A stretch of 64,000 nt of DNA from Planctomycetota bacterium (GCA_965248575.1 CBDFJQ010000002.1:3296001-3360000); one strand, 5' to 3'. Positions 36,173 through 46,585 are shown, numbered from the stretch's first letter. Notes: generated from the letters alone by a model not told the origin. Translations and numbers: made by a program.

Positions 36173-36906
36173 GACCCGCGGGCCGGCGCTCCGTGTGAGC
36201 GCTTCTGGAGCAGGGCACCGAGGGTCCCGGAGTTCTTGAAGTGATCCCAGAGCAGCCACTTCAGAGGCGGGAACCACTTGTATCGACGACATTCGAACAT
36301 CGGGATGATGTGTTCGAAGCGCTGGACATCCGCGCCCGCCGCATCTGCATGCTCGCTGACCCCTTCCTTGCCAAACGAATGCTGGTGCCCATACAGGAAG
36401 TAGTCCTTCCGGCAGTGCGGGCAGAGCGTCTTCTCGATCTCGATGCAGTAGGGCACCGAGATGAGGACGTATTGGGACGACACCCGCACGAGCTCGGCGA
36501 ACGCACGCGCCGGGTCATCAAGATGCTCGAGCAGGTCGGTGCACAGGACCAAGGGGAAGGTGTCGTCCGCGAACGGGATGTCGTAGATGCTTCCCGCCGT
36601 GAAGTTCACATCCTGGACATCGTGAACACCGCGACTGGCGCGGCGGATGGAGAGGTCCATCCCGACGGCCTTGTCCAAGCCGGAGTTCGCCAGCACATCG
36701 CGGCTCAGCGCACCATCACCGCAACCAGCATCGAGCAAGGTGCCCGAGATCTGGGGCGGAAGCATCCGATGCACCAGCGTCCTGCGGTGCTTCCATGACT
36801 CCTCATGCTCATTCGAGATGAGATAGGTGTCCGCCTCGTACTCGTAGAACTCCCGATACACCTCGGGCGACGAGCTGCTGGATGTCTTGGTTGCTGGTGG
36901 CGTCAT
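36169..36906 (-). CDS. Class I SAM-dependent methyltransferase
   Basis: LDAGCGDG, GMDLS, IPFADDTF, LLEHL, ELVRVS; CPHC insertion. Confidence 0.88.
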   Translation of the reverse strand: MTPPATKTSSSSSPEVYREFYEYEADTYLISNEHEESWKHRRTLVHRMLPPQISGTLLDAGCGDGALSRDVLANSGLDKAVGMDLSIRRASRGVHDVQDVNFTAGSIYDIPFADDTFPLVLCTDLLEHLDDPARAFAELVRVSSQYVLISVPYCIEIEKTLCPHCRKDYFLYGHQHSFGKEGVSEHADAAGADVQRFEHIIPMFECRRYKWFPPLKWLLWDHFKNSGTLGALLQKRSHGAPARGS

Positions 36907-37002
36907 ACGCTGTGTTCTCCGCTTCTAGACGAACCTGGGTCGCGCAGCCCCCGGGCACGCGAGAGCCTACACCAGCCGATCTCTCCCTGCTGGCTCCGTG
37001 TC

Positions 37003-37821
37003 TTAGGGGAAGACCCGCAGCTGCTGCAAGCTTCCAGACCGGCGGCTCAGCTCGCGGAGACTGTCGCGCCCGACCTGTCCCAGGTCCATGGTGTGGTCGT
37101 TCACGTAGAGCTTCACATGCCGCCAGATCACCTCGTCTGACAGCTCCTGCGCATGGGCTCGCATGGTCGGCAAGCTGCGTTCGGGTTCGGCCAGCGAGAG
37201 CGCCAAGGACTCCATCAGGGCCGCCTGGAGCTTCCGACGGCTTGCCGCTGGCAGATCGTGCCGACAAATCAATCCGCCCAAGGGGACGGGCTGGTGTGTC
37301 CAAGCCTCCCAGCTCTGCCCCAGGTCTTCCTGCAGGGCCAGGCCCTGGTCCTGATAGGTGAAGCGGCCCTCGTGGATGCACACGCCGGCGTCCGCCTCAC
37401 CTGCAACGAGGGCGGGCATGATCTCGTCGAAGCGCCGGTGCTCAAGCTGGGTGACCTCAGGGTGCAGGCAGCGCATGAGCAGCGTAGCGGTTGTCCCCTC
37501 CCCTGGGCAGAGAACCCGCGACTCCGGTCCGAGGGGTTCGCCGACCGACTGCGAAGGGGACAGCAGGACGGGCCCCACGCCGAAACCGAGCGCGGATCCC
37601 ACCGGCAGCACCCCGTAGTCTTCCGCCAGCACGAGAGCCGTAGCGAAGCTCGCCTTGGACACGTGAAGCGCCCCTTGCTGCAAGGCCTCGTTAAGTTCCT
37701 GCACGTCGGCCAGGCGGAAGTTCAGCTCCAAGTCATCCACCGACACCCGGCCCTCGAGCAGGGGAGCGAACAGGAAGGTGTCATTGGGGCAAGTGGACAA
37801 GCCCACGTGCAGCGTCGTCAT
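37003..37821 (-). CDS. mqnD: 1,4-dihydroxy-6-naphthoate synthase (futalosine pathway)
   Basis: STCPNDTF, DVQELN, GSALGFGVGP, PGEGTTA, IHEGRFTY, DLG..W, PLG, AQELS..VI..H..LYVN. Confidence 0.94.
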   Translation of the reverse strand: MTTLHVGLSTCPNDTFLFAPLLEGRVSVDDLELNFRLADVQELNEALQQGALHVSKASFATALVLAEDYGVLPVGSALGFGVGPVLLSPSQSVGEPLGPESRVLCPGEGTTATLLMRCLHPEVTQLEHRRFDEIMPALVAGEADAGVCIHEGRFTYQDQGLALQEDLGQSWEAWTHQPVPLGGLICRHDLPAASRRKLQAALMESLALSLAEPERSLPTMRAHAQELSDEVIWRHVKLYVNDHTMDLGQVGRDSLRELSRRSGSLQQLRVFP

Positions 37822-38492
37822 GGCGCCAACTCGGTGACCCGCCGCAGGAAGCGACCGGTCAGGCTTAGCGCGCTCGACACCTTCCACTCACCCTTGTCCC
37901 GCACTCCCGCGCGATTGCTCACACCTCGGACGATGGAGAGGGGGACCCCCGCGCGTCCACAGGCAACAGCCACGGCGTAGCCTTCCATCTCCTCCACCAA
38001 CACGCTGGGGCGCCGGCCGGACCAGTCGTCCGATTCCGAAACCTTGTTGCTGGAAGCTGCGACGGTGCCGATCTCACCCGCGAGCAGCGATCCCTCTCCG
38101 AAGGCCGCTGTGGCGGGCTGGGGCATCGCCCCAAGCCAGGCCGTGGGTACCTCAAGCGGCCAGGTGTCGGGCGCCATCTGCTCACCGGGAGGGGCCATGT
38201 CGGACAAGGATCCGAAGTCTCGCCCGTGACCGGCGCCGAGGCCCTCGTTGTGGACGCATGTCCCGATCACCAGGCTGCCAATGGGTGCTCGCACCAGATC
38301 ACGGCTGCCAGCCAAGCCCGCGAGGATGCAGTGGGACGGAGCGTGACGACGCAAGAAGTGCTCCGCGCCCAAGGCGGCGGCCACCAACCCCATGCCACAC
38401 ACTTCCACCGTCAGGGCCCCGCGGCTCTCGGCGGGAAAGTCTCCGAGCGCGTCGCGCTCAAACTGGGTGGGCACCAAGAGCAGGACCGTCAC
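37818..38492 (-). CDS. mqnB: Futalosine hydrolase (PNP/MTAN family)
   Basis: LVPT..E, CGMGLVAAA, LAGLAG, EEMEGYAVA.AC, VRGVSN.AG.RD...W; coupled to mqnD. Confidence 0.85.
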   Translation of the reverse strand: MTVLLLVPTQFERDALGDFPAESRGALTVEVCGMGLVAAALGAEHFLRRHAPSHCILAGLAGSRDLVRAPIGSLVIGTCVHNEGLGAGHGRDFGSLSDMAPPGEQMAPDTWPLEVPTAWLGAMPQPATAAFGEGSLLAGEIGTVAASSNKVSESDDWSGRRPSVLVEEMEGYAVAVACGRAGVPLSIVRGVSNRAGVRDKGEWKVSSALSLTGRFLRRVTELAP

Positions 38493-39175
38493 GGCACGTG
38501 GCCCTTCTCCAGGAGATCTTCCAAGCTGGGCTCGTAGCGATGCTCCCAATCGCCGACAGGAATCCTCAGACACCAGCGGCGCCCCACCTGCCCGGCCACT
38601 TCCCCGCGGTCCCGCTCACCCAGCAGGACGAGCGCGGTCCGGCGGGACGGGGGATAGGCCCGCGTAATCTGCAAAAATGCCTCCACGGACCCGGCCACCG
38701 CCTGGGCCTCGAGTTGGCCTTCCAGCGCGAGGCCGACGACGAAGGGCCGGCCACCGGAACGATTCCCCAGGAAGTCCGCTGCCGACTTTATGGCTTTCGC
38801 TCCCCTTTCCTGGCCGTCCTGGCCCTCAAATCCGTCGAGGACCACGGCCCACGCCTGGGCGTCGCCGCCCGGATTCCGATCGATCTGCCCGGAGGCGAAG
38901 AGGGTCGTGGCGTGACCCGTCTTGGACCAGGACGCCACCAGCGACGGTTCGAAGGGCCGAAAAAGGCCCTCGGTGGAAGCGACCCACTCGAGGGTAGCCC
39001 CCTCCCAACGGGCCCGTAGACCCTCCAGGGCGGTCGCCCCCAGGGCAGGGCAGTCGACCAGGATCAACCCCGGGACGCTCGAAGTCCCCATCCGCTCTTC
39101 CAGGTGCTTCACGCTCAGCACCCCGGCCAGCAGGATCAAAACCATCGCCGTCAGGATGTGAGGGAGGCGAATCAC
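38489..39175 (-). CDS. Membrane-anchored hypothetical protein (shrunken sulfatase-like fold)
   Basis: N-terminal TM; GTGA overlap with mqnB. Start uncertain (GTG 39175 or TTG 39196). Confidence 0.6.
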   Translation of the reverse strand: MIRLPHILTAMVLILLAGVLSVKHLEERMGTSSVPGLILVDCPALGATALEGLRARWEGATLEWVASTEGLFRPFEPSLVASWSKTGHATTLFASGQIDRNPGGDAQAWAVVLDGFEGQDGQERGAKAIKSAADFLGNRSGGRPFVVGLALEGQLEAQAVAGSVEAFLQITRAYPPSRRTALVLLGERDRGEVAGQVGRRWCLRIPVGDWEHRYEPSLEDLLEKGHVP

Positions 39176-39353
39176 GAGAGGATGCGTCTCGAGCAAGGGT
39201 GATTAGGCAAGTTGGAGGCCACTGGCCGGTTGACCAATATCAGGCGACCTGTTGCAATACGCGGCTTTTATACCCTCTGAACAGAGTGATCCGCAGCTTC
39301 AAGAGACTTCACTCAGAAGCGCTACCGCTCGAATCCCACGGCAACTCCAGATC

Positions 39354-41480
39354 ATGTCCAACGCCACCGCCAACACGCCGACCAAGGGGAAGAAGAACCC
39401 CCTCGGCTTCCTTCGGAACATCGGCATCATCGCCCATATCGACGCGGGTAAGACGACCGTCACCGAGCGCATCCTCTACTACACAGGTCGCAGCCGGAAC
39501 ATCGGCGAGGTCCACGATGGTATGGCCACGATGGATCACCTGGAAGAGGAGCGGGAGCGCGGCATCACGATCACGTCTGCCGCGACGACCTGCATCTGGG
39601 GCAAGCACACCATCAACATCATCGACACCCCTGGACACGTGGACTTCACGGCTGAGGTCGAGCGCTCCTTGCGAGTACTCGACGGCGCCGTGGCCGTGTT
39701 CGACGGTGTGGCAGGCGTAGAGGCTCAATCCGAAACGGTCTGGCGCCAAGCTGACAAGTACGAAGTGCCGCGTATCGCTTTCGTCAACAAGCTCGACCGG
39801 ACCGGTGCGAGCTTCGACTTCTGCCTCGAGTCCATGGTGACGCGCCTGGGTGTCCACCCTGTGCCCATCATGTTGAACATCGGTCTCGAAGGCGACTACG
39901 TCGGCAACATCGACCTCATCAGCATGAAGGCTCGCTATTTCGGCGAAGGTGGCGACGACACCGCCTTCGAAGAGCGCGAGATTCCCGAAGAACTCTTGGA
40001 AGCCGCACAGGAGTCCCGCCACAACATGGTCGAGGCCGCCTGCATGGTGGACGACAACCTGCTCGAGCGTTTCCTTGAGGACGAATCCCAGATCTCGGAG
40101 AAGGAGATCATCAGTGCTCTCCGGACCGGCACCGTCGAGCGCAAGCTGCTCGTGGTTCTGTGTGGCGCCGCGCTTCGCAACAAGGGCGTCCAGGCCACGT
40201 TGGACGCAATTTGTGAGTTCCTGCCTTCGCCCTTGGATCAGCCGCCGGTATCTGGCACCGACGACTCAGGCGAGCCCACCGAGCGTGGCTGCGATATCGA
40301 ACAGCCCTTCTCGGCCCTGGCCTTCAAGACGGTCTTCGACCCCAATGGTGACCTGACGTTCATCCGGGTCTACTCCGGCACGGGTACCGCCGGCGACCAG
40401 TTCATCAACACGCGCACCGGCAAGAAGGAGCGCTTCGGCCGCCTCTACCGCATGCACGCTGCCTCGCGTGAGCCGATCGACGCCTGCAAGGCGGGCGACA
40501 TCGTCGCAGCGGTGGGCCTGAAGAACACCAACACCGGTGACACCCTCGCTGACCCCAACAAGCCGATCACGCTCGAGTCCGTGGATTTCCCAGACACCGT
40601 GATCTCGATGTCCATCGAGCCGAAGTCCAAGGGTGACCGGGACAAGCTCTCCCAGACCCTCGCCGTGCTCGCCAGGGAAGACCCGACCTTCCACGCCTGG
40701 ACTGACGAAGAAACCACCGAGACCATCATCGCCGGCATGGGTGAGCTGCACCTCGAAGTGCTTCGTCACCGCATCATCCGCGAGTTCAAAGTGGACGCTG
40801 AGTGTGGCAAGCCCCGCGTGGCTTACCGCCAGACCATCGATCAGGACCTGGAGCGTGTGGAAGGCAAGCACGTCAAGCAGACGGGTGGCCACGGTCAGTT
40901 CGCCGTGGTGCGTATGCGCTTCGAGCGTCTCACCGACAGCCAGGACATCGAGTTCGTGGACGAGATCAAGGGCGGCTCGGTGCCGCGCGAGTACATCCCG
41001 GCCGTAGGCAAGGGCGTGAAGGCTGCCTCGGTGAAGGGCCGCGAGTACCCGTTCCCCTTCGTGGGCGTCAAATGCACGCTCTTCGACGGCAAGTCCCATG
41101 ACGTGGATAGTTCGGACATGGCCTTCCAGTCCGCGGGTAAACTCGCCTTCAACTCCGCTGTGGGCGGCAACCAGATCTTCCTCGAGCCCATGATGAAGAT
41201 CGAGGTGCTCTGCCCTGAAGACAACCTGGGCGACGTGATCGGCGACTTGAACAGCCGTCGTACGAACATCGACGAGATCACTGACCGCGTGCACCTGAAG
41301 GTCATCACCGGCATGGTTCCCGTGGCCGAGACCTTCAACTACTCCTCGAAGCTGCGCAGTTTGACGGCTGGTCGCGGCACGTACTCGATGGAGCCGACGG
41401 GCTACGCCCCGGTTCCCGCGTCCGTGCGCGAGTCCATCGTCAAGGAGGTCGAGGAGATGCGGAAGGCCAGGCACGGCTGA
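39354..41480 (+). CDS. fusA: Elongation factor G
   Basis: [60 protein letters not shown]. Confidence 0.97.
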   Translation: MSNATANTPTKGKKNPLGFLRNIGIIAHIDAGKTTVTERILYYTGRSRNIGEVHDGMATMDHLEEERERGITITSAATTCIWGKHTINIIDTPGHVDFTAEVERSLRVLDGAVAVFDGVAGVEAQSETVWRQADKYEVPRIAFVNKLDRTGASFDFCLESMVTRLGVHPVPIMLNIGLEGDYVGNIDLISMKARYFGEGGDDTAFEEREIPEELLEAAQESRHNMVEAACMVDDNLLERFLEDESQISEKEIISALRTGTVERKLLVVLCGAALRNKGVQATLDAICEFLPSPLDQPPVSGTDDSGEPTERGCDIEQPFSALAFKTVFDPNGDLTFIRVYSGTGTAGDQFINTRTGKKERFGRLYRMHAASREPIDACKAGDIVAAVGLKNTNTGDTLADPNKPITLESVDFPDTVISMSIEPKSKGDRDKLSQTLAVLAREDPTFHAWTDEETTETIIAGMGELHLEVLRHRIIREFKVDAECGKPRVAYRQTIDQDLERVEGKHVKQTGGHGQFAVVRMRFERLTDSQDIEFVDEIKGGSVPREYIPAVGKGVKAASVKGREYPFPFVGVKCTLFDGKSHDVDSSDMAFQSAGKLAFNSAVGGNQIFLEPMMKIEVLCPEDNLGDVIGDLNSRRTNIDEITDRVHLKVITGMVPVAETFNYSSKLRSLTAGRGTYSMEPTGYAPVPASVRESIVKEVEEMRKARHG

Positions 41481-41505
41481 GCCGGACGGCGCCTGCCGGG
41501 TCGGG

Positions 41506-43197
41506 TCAGGGACCTGATCCGGCGGGAGCCGGGCTGAGCAGGGCTGCGCGACGCAGCTTGGCCTCGAGCAGAGGCCGCAACACCCACGGGTGGCGCTTGA
41601 GGATGGCGGGGCTCAGGTCCTGGAGCAGCTTCTCGTAGCGAGCCAACCTCGCCTCCCGTGCTTCAGGGCTGTCGGGGTTCTCCGGCTCCGGAACTGGCAC
41701 CGGCTCGGGGTCGGCCTTGGGCTCCTGGGCTGACGCAAACTCGGCACTGGGCTCGATGCCTGGGGTCACGAGCCCCAGCTGCGACAGGTCGAGTCCCTCA
41801 AGCTCGGAGGAGAACTCCCCAAGCCAGTTGTTCACGGCAGCGAGCCGCGGGTCGTCGGCGTCGCCCTCGACCGGTGCCTGCTCCTCCAGCACCTTCTGGG
41901 CCTGCTGCAGACCACCGAACAAGAACTGTTCCTTCATCGCAGCGCCAATGTCCGAGAGCGCTTGGTTGTCGGTGATGTCCGGCAGCACGTCGAGCAGCAG
42001 GTTGGTGCCGTTCTCGACGATCTGGGCGATCTTCTTGCGTTGTTCCGTCAGCTCCCGGACTTGATTGATGTCCTCGCGCGCGATGGCGGCATCGATGGCT
42101 TCATCCAGGTTTCCGCCCTCTTCGTTCCGAATGGCATCCAAGGTGCTGTCACCGACCTGCACCGTCTGTTGAGCCACCTTGGCCTGGTTCGCTTCCTGGG
42201 TGCTCTCACTGCTCTGACCCTCGCTCTGCCAGGCGATGTAGGCCAGGAAGACGACGATGCTCGACAGCGCGATCATGCCCACCTTCGTGCGGTGCCGGCG
42301 CGCCGAGCGGACCACCCGACTGACTGCGCTGGGCGGAGCGGCCGTGATGGGCTCGCCATCTAGATAGCAACGCAAGTCATGCGCGAACGCCTCCGCGCTC
42401 TGGTAGCGATGCACCCGCCCCTTTTCCATCGCCTTGAGGCAGATGGTCTCGAGGTCGGCCGGTACACGTGGGTTGATCTTGGTTGGACGCTTCGGATCCT
42501 CGGTGAGGATCTTGCGCATGATCTCGTGGGAGCTCTGCCCTTGATAGGGCGGCTGGAGCGTCAACAGCTCATACAGCGTGACGCCCAAGGCGTAGATGTC
42601 TGAGCGATGGTCCACCGAGCCCCGTCGCGAGTCTGCCTGCTCCGGCGACATGTAGAACGGCGACCCTGCGAATTCGCCCGTCCTCGACAGCTCCAGCCCG
42701 TCCTCCACCTTGGCCAGGCCAAAGTCACCCAGGAAGGGTCGGTCGTTGTCGTCCAGCAGGATGTTGCTGGGCTTCACGTCCCGGTGAACGATGCCCCGCT
42801 CGTGAGCGTGCTGCATGGCTTCCGAGGTCTCGGCGAGCCAGAGCGCGGCTCGCCGGAAGTACCCCTTGGGGGGCTCACCCTTCTCCTTGAGGAGCGCGAG
42901 CTCATCGGCAACGGTTCGCCCCTCGCCCACCAGCTTCTGGGCGATGAAGAAGTCGCCGCCATCCTGCCCCCAGGCATAGACCGAGACGATGCTTGGGTGG
43001 TCCAGACGTGCGGCAGCGCGAGCCTCCCGCTCGAAGCGAGCCACCTCGTCAGCCGTGTGCACCCGGTGCTGATAAAGCACTTTGAGCGCCACTGGGCGGG
43101 CAAGGCTGATCTGCTCAGCGCGGTAGACAATCCCGAATCCGCCGCGTCCGATCTCCTCGACGATACGAAAATCGCCAAGACGATCAGGGATGGACAT
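41506..43197 (-). CDS. Hanks-type Ser/Thr protein kinase with a TM and a helical extracytoplasmic domain
   Basis: GRGGFG, VALK, HRDVKPSN, DFGLAK, GSPFYMSPEQ, DLETICLKA; TM VGMIALSSIVVFLAYIAW. Confidence 0.93.
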   Translation of the reverse strand: MSIPDRLGDFRIVEEIGRGGFGIVYRAEQISLARPVALKVLYQHRVHTADEVARFEREARAAARLDHPSIVSVYAWGQDGGDFFIAQKLVGEGRTVADELALLKEKGEPPKGYFRRAALWLAETSEAMQHAHERGIVHRDVKPSNILLDDNDRPFLGDFGLAKVEDGLELSRTGEFAGSPFYMSPEQADSRRGSVDHRSDIYALGVTLYELLTLQPPYQGQSSHEIMRKILTEDPKRPTKINPRVPADLETICLKAMEKGRVHRYQSAEAFAHDLRCYLDGEPITAAPPSAVSRVVRSARRHRTKVGMIALSSIVVFLAYIAWQSEGQSSESTQEANQAKVAQQTVQVGDSTLDAIRNEEGGNLDEAIDAAIAREDINQVRELTEQRKKIAQIVENGTNLLLDVLPDITDNQALSDIGAAMKEQFLFGGLQQAQKVLEEQAPVEGDADDPRLAAVNNWLGEFSSELEGLDLSQLGLVTPGIEPSAEFASAQEPKADPEPVPVPEPENPDSPEAREARLARYEKLLQDLSPAILKRHPWVLRPLLEAKLRRAALLSPAPAGSGP

Positions 43198-43200
43198 GGA

Positions 43201-44493
43201 CTACCTCCGGACTTCGAACGACGCGAGGAACTTGTTGTTGTCCCCCGTCTCGCGCACCTTCGCCATGAGCAGTTGCATGGCCTCTACAGGGTGCATCTGG
43301 CTCATGACCCGGCGCAACATCACAACCTTCCGATACACATCAGGAGGCAGCAGCAGCTCCTCCTTCCTAGTTCCGGATCGGTTGATGTCGATTGCAGGCC
43401 AAACTCGGCGTTCGGCCAGCTCGCGGGACAAAACCAGCTCCATGTTGCCGGTTCCCTTGAACTCTTCGAAGATCACCTCGTCCATGCGACTGCCGGTTTC
43501 GATCAGCGCAGTCGCCAAAATCGTCAGAGAACCGCCGCCTTCGAGGTTGCGGGCGGCCCCGAAGAAGGCCTTGGGCTTCTCGAGCGTCCTGGAATCGACA
43601 CCGCCCGAGAGGGTACGCCCCGAGTTCCGGACCGTGACGTTGTAGGCCCGGCCCAGGCGGGTGAGGGAGTCCATCACGATCAGGACGTCCTTCCCCTGCT
43701 CCACGAGGCGCTTGGCCCGCTCGATGGTGAGTTCCGTCACCCGGCAGTGGCGTTCCGCCGGCTCGTCGTTGGTGGAGGCGATCACCTCGCCCTGGACGCT
43801 GCGACGGAAATGGGTCGCCTCCTCAGGCCGCTCATCCACGAGCAGGACGATGAGATGGACGTCCGGGTACTCCGTGCTCACCCGGTTGGCCACCTGCTGC
43901 AGAAGGATGGTCTTGCCCGAGCGGGGCGGAGCGGTGATCAAACCGCGCTGACCCCTGCCAACCGGGGTGATCAAATCGAGCACCCGCATGTTTTCCGGCG
44001 CACCGTTGTCACCTGGCTCCGACGTACCGCCTTCCAACACCAGGCGCTGCTCGGGGTCGATCGAGGTGAGCTGCTTGAAGATCGGCATGGCCTGGGCTTC
44101 GGCGGGCGTCATGCCGTTCACGCTGTCCAGGTCCACCAGGGTAATGCGGCCCTTGATGCGTTCTGCTGACCCAACGATCTCCTGGCCTGGTCGCAAACCT
44201 TCGGCGCGGGACAGGGCTGCCTGTACGAAGGCGTCTTCCTCGTCCGGCACGAAGTTCTCTGAAATCCGCCGCAGCCAGCCCTGGCCGTCAGGGTTCAGCT
44301 CCAGGATGCCTGCGACTTCGAGGCGCGGCTGTGGTCCATAGGGCACGTCGTCGCCGCGGCTCTGCTGTCCACCGCCGCCACCACCACTGCCTCCACCACC
44401 ACCACCGCCGCCCTGGTAGCCGCCACCCTTGCGGCCCTTGCCGCGGCGACGGCGCGAGCGCCTCGAACGTGATTTGGTCTGTTCCTGCGTCAT
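43201..44493 (-). CDS. rho: Transcription termination factor Rho
   Basis: PVGRGQRGLI.APPRSGKT, DERPEE, DSLTRL.RAYN, GRTLSGGVD, FFGAARN, FEEFKGTGNME, SGTRKEELL. ATG 44493 with AAAGGAAG upstream. Confidence 0.96.
   Translation of the reverse strand: MTQEQTKSRSRRSRRRRGKGRKGGGYQGGGGGGGGSGGGGGGQQSRGDDVPYGPQPRLEVAGILELNPDGQGWLRRISENFVPDEEDAFVQAALSRAEGLRPGQEIVGSAERIKGRITLVDLDSVNGMTPAEAQAMPIFKQLTSIDPEQRLVLEGGTSEPGDNGAPENMRVLDLITPVGRGQRGLITAPPRSGKTILLQQVANRVSTEYPDVHLIVLLVDERPEEATHFRRSVQGEVIASTNDEPAERHCRVTELTIERAKRLVEQGKDVLIVMDSLTRLGRAYNVTVRNSGRTLSGGVDSRTLEKPKAFFGAARNLEGGGSLTILATALIETGSRMDEVIFEEFKGTGNMELVLSRELAERRVWPAIDINRSGTRKEELLLPPDVYRKVVMLRRVMSQMHPVEAMQLLMAKVRETGDNNKFLASFEVRR
44371..44412 (-). repeat. 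Low-complexity GGN codon tract (poly-Gly) in the rho N-terminus
   Basis: (ccg/cca)n on the + strand, encoding GGGGGGGGSGGGGGG. Confidence 0.8.
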
Positions 44494-44747
44494 ACGATCT
44501 TCCTTTCGTCCGGTTTTCTCTGTTCCGGATCCTGCGAATGGACTGCCGGGGCCGCCGAAGCGGGCGTAAACGGCGTGCGCTGAGCGCAAGCAGCCTGAAA
44601 TCCTGACCTCGTGCCAGAGGTGAGGAGCTCCTGTGTGGAAGCAACGTCCCCAGGCCGTCCCGCCAGGCAGCCGAGAGTGGTCGCGGGTCCCGCGACTCAG
44701 AGGCCACTCCCGCTCTGGGAGCAACCGTCCTCGCATTCCACGGTTTT

Positions 44748-44777
44748 ATTCTGACTTGGGATCGCGTCGATTGCCAA
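44748..44777 (-). promoter_or_regulatory. Putative rho promoter
   Basis: TTGGCA-N18-CAGAAT on the minus strand, implying a leader of about 250 nt. Confidence 0.35.
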
Positions 44778-44796
44778 GCAGAATCCTCAAGACAGC

Positions 44797-45762
44797 ATGA
44801 AAACGCCCCGCGCCCTCCCCCTTCTCCCGGCTGTTCTTATGGCGGCCCTGCTTGGTGCCTGCACAGCCTCACAGCCCAGTTCGCCCTGGGAGAGCCGTCT
44901 GGCTCCGGCCCTCTGCAGCCGGGCTGAGGAGCAGCTCTCAGCCAAAGACCCAAACGCTGCCAAGCTGAGCGCCACGCAGGCTTTGGAGCAGGCCCGGGCC
45001 CAGAAAGACGCCCTTTCCGAGGCCCGCGCCCTAGGGGTCCTGGGCTTGATCAACCAATCCCGGGGACAGTTGGACCGGGCCGCCCAGCTGATGTTGGACG
45101 TGCCGTGGGAAGAGGACTCAGGCTGGCTGGCCCGCCTTGCCTTCGCCCAGTTGGCCATCCAGAACGATGCGCCTGAGGATGCGCTGGCCACCCTTGAACC
45201 CCTGGTCGATCGCACCGCTGACTGGGCAGATGTCCACAAGCGGGCCCTTGCCGAAGCCCGGGCCTACCACATGCTCGCCACCCTCGGTCGCCAACAGGGC
45301 CAGCTGGAGGACGCCCGCAAGCACCAGAGGTGGGCAGCGCTCCAGATCAGCGTGCTTCCCGACGGGGAGCTCGCCCGCCTCCGTCGACAGATCGCCCAGG
45401 CCCTCGGGGACGACTACGCGGCCCAGGCCCTCTTCGAGCAGGCATTCATCGAACACGCCCGTGCGGCGAACATGGCCGCGAAGCTCAACGAGCCCCTCGC
45501 TCGTCTCCAAGCTACGCGCTCCATGAGCCGGGACCTCGTGCTGCTCGACCGTCTCGCCGATGCCGTCGATCACTACGGGCGAACCCTGGGGCTTGCCCGC
45601 GAGCTCGACGATTGGACGGCCATGGGTGACGTTGCCCGCGAAGCCCTGCACTGGCTCGACGCTCACGGAGAACCCTGGGACAGCACCAAGCGTCGCCTGT
45701 TCGTCGAAACGCTTCAGGAGCTGGACTTGAAAGCCCACGAGACAGCCCTCGATCGAGGGTGA
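44797..45762 (+). CDS. TPR-like helical lipoprotein
   Basis: Lipobox LLGAC; repeated Ala/Leu-rich helical units (EARALGVLG, EARAYHMLA, ALGDDYAAQ). Confidence 0.7.
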   Translation: MKTPRALPLLPAVLMAALLGACTASQPSSPWESRLAPALCSRAEEQLSAKDPNAAKLSATQALEQARAQKDALSEARALGVLGLINQSRGQLDRAAQLMLDVPWEEDSGWLARLAFAQLAIQNDAPEDALATLEPLVDRTADWADVHKRALAEARAYHMLATLGRQQGQLEDARKHQRWAALQISVLPDGELARLRRQIAQALGDDYAAQALFEQAFIEHARAANMAAKLNEPLARLQATRSMSRDLVLLDRLADAVDHYGRTLGLARELDDWTAMGDVAREALHWLDAHGEPWDSTKRRLFVETLQELDLKAHETALDRG

Positions 45763-45813
45763 TTACGTCGGGGCGAGAGATGAGTACATTGGTCGCAGCT
45801 CAGGGAGAACACG

Positions 45814-46566
45814 ATGACGCAGATCTACGCATCAGCCGACGAAGCACTGGCCGACATTGGTGACGGCGCAACGATTCTTGCCGGCGGCTTTGGCTTGTGC
45901 GGCATCCCCGAGAACCTCATCGCCGCCTTGGTTCGCCATGGCGCAACTGGCCTGACTGTGGTCTCCAACAACGCGGGCGTCGATGACTTCGGACTGGGAT
46001 TGCTGCTTCAAACGCGCCAGATCGCCAAGATGATCTCCACCTACGTGGGCGAGAACGACACCTTCGAGCGCCAATTCCTGACGGGCGAACTCGAAGTGGA
46101 GCTCGTGCCTCAGGGCACCTTCGCTGAGCGCATCCGCGCCGGTGGCGCCGGCATTCCTGCCTTCTACACACCGACCGGCCACGGCACCCAGATCGCTGAC
46201 GGCGGGCTGCCCATGCTGCACGACATCGACGGCAAGGTGGTCAAGACGAGCGACCCCAAGGAAACGCGCGATTTCGACGGACAGGCCTACGTGATGGAAA
46301 GAGCCATCGCGGGCGACTACGCCCTCGTGAAGGCCTGGAAAGCTGACGAATTCGGCAACCTGGTGTTCCGCAAGACGGCTCGCAACTTCAACCCGCTGAT
46401 GGCCACGGCAGCCAAGGTCACCATCGCCGAGGTGGAGGAGATCGTGCCGGCCGGCAGCCTCGACCCCGACCAGATCCACACGCCGGGGCTTTTCGTGCAG
46501 CGCTTGGTGCAGGGCAAGGACTACGAGAAGCGCATCGAACAGCGCACCGTGCGCGCAGGCAACTGA
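45814..46566 (+). CDS. scoA: Succinyl-CoA:3-oxoacid CoA-transferase subunit A
   Basis: [52 protein letters not shown]. Confidence 0.9.
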   Translation: MTQIYASADEALADIGDGATILAGGFGLCGIPENLIAALVRHGATGLTVVSNNAGVDDFGLGLLLQTRQIAKMISTYVGENDTFERQFLTGELEVELVPQGTFAERIRAGGAGIPAFYTPTGHGTQIADGGLPMLHDIDGKVVKTSDPKETRDFDGQAYVMERAIAGDYALVKAWKADEFGNLVFRKTARNFNPLMATAAKVTIAEVEEIVPAGSLDPDQIHTPGLFVQRLVQGKDYEKRIEQRTVRAGN

Positions 46567-46585
46567 GCAGGACCGGAGACGACCC

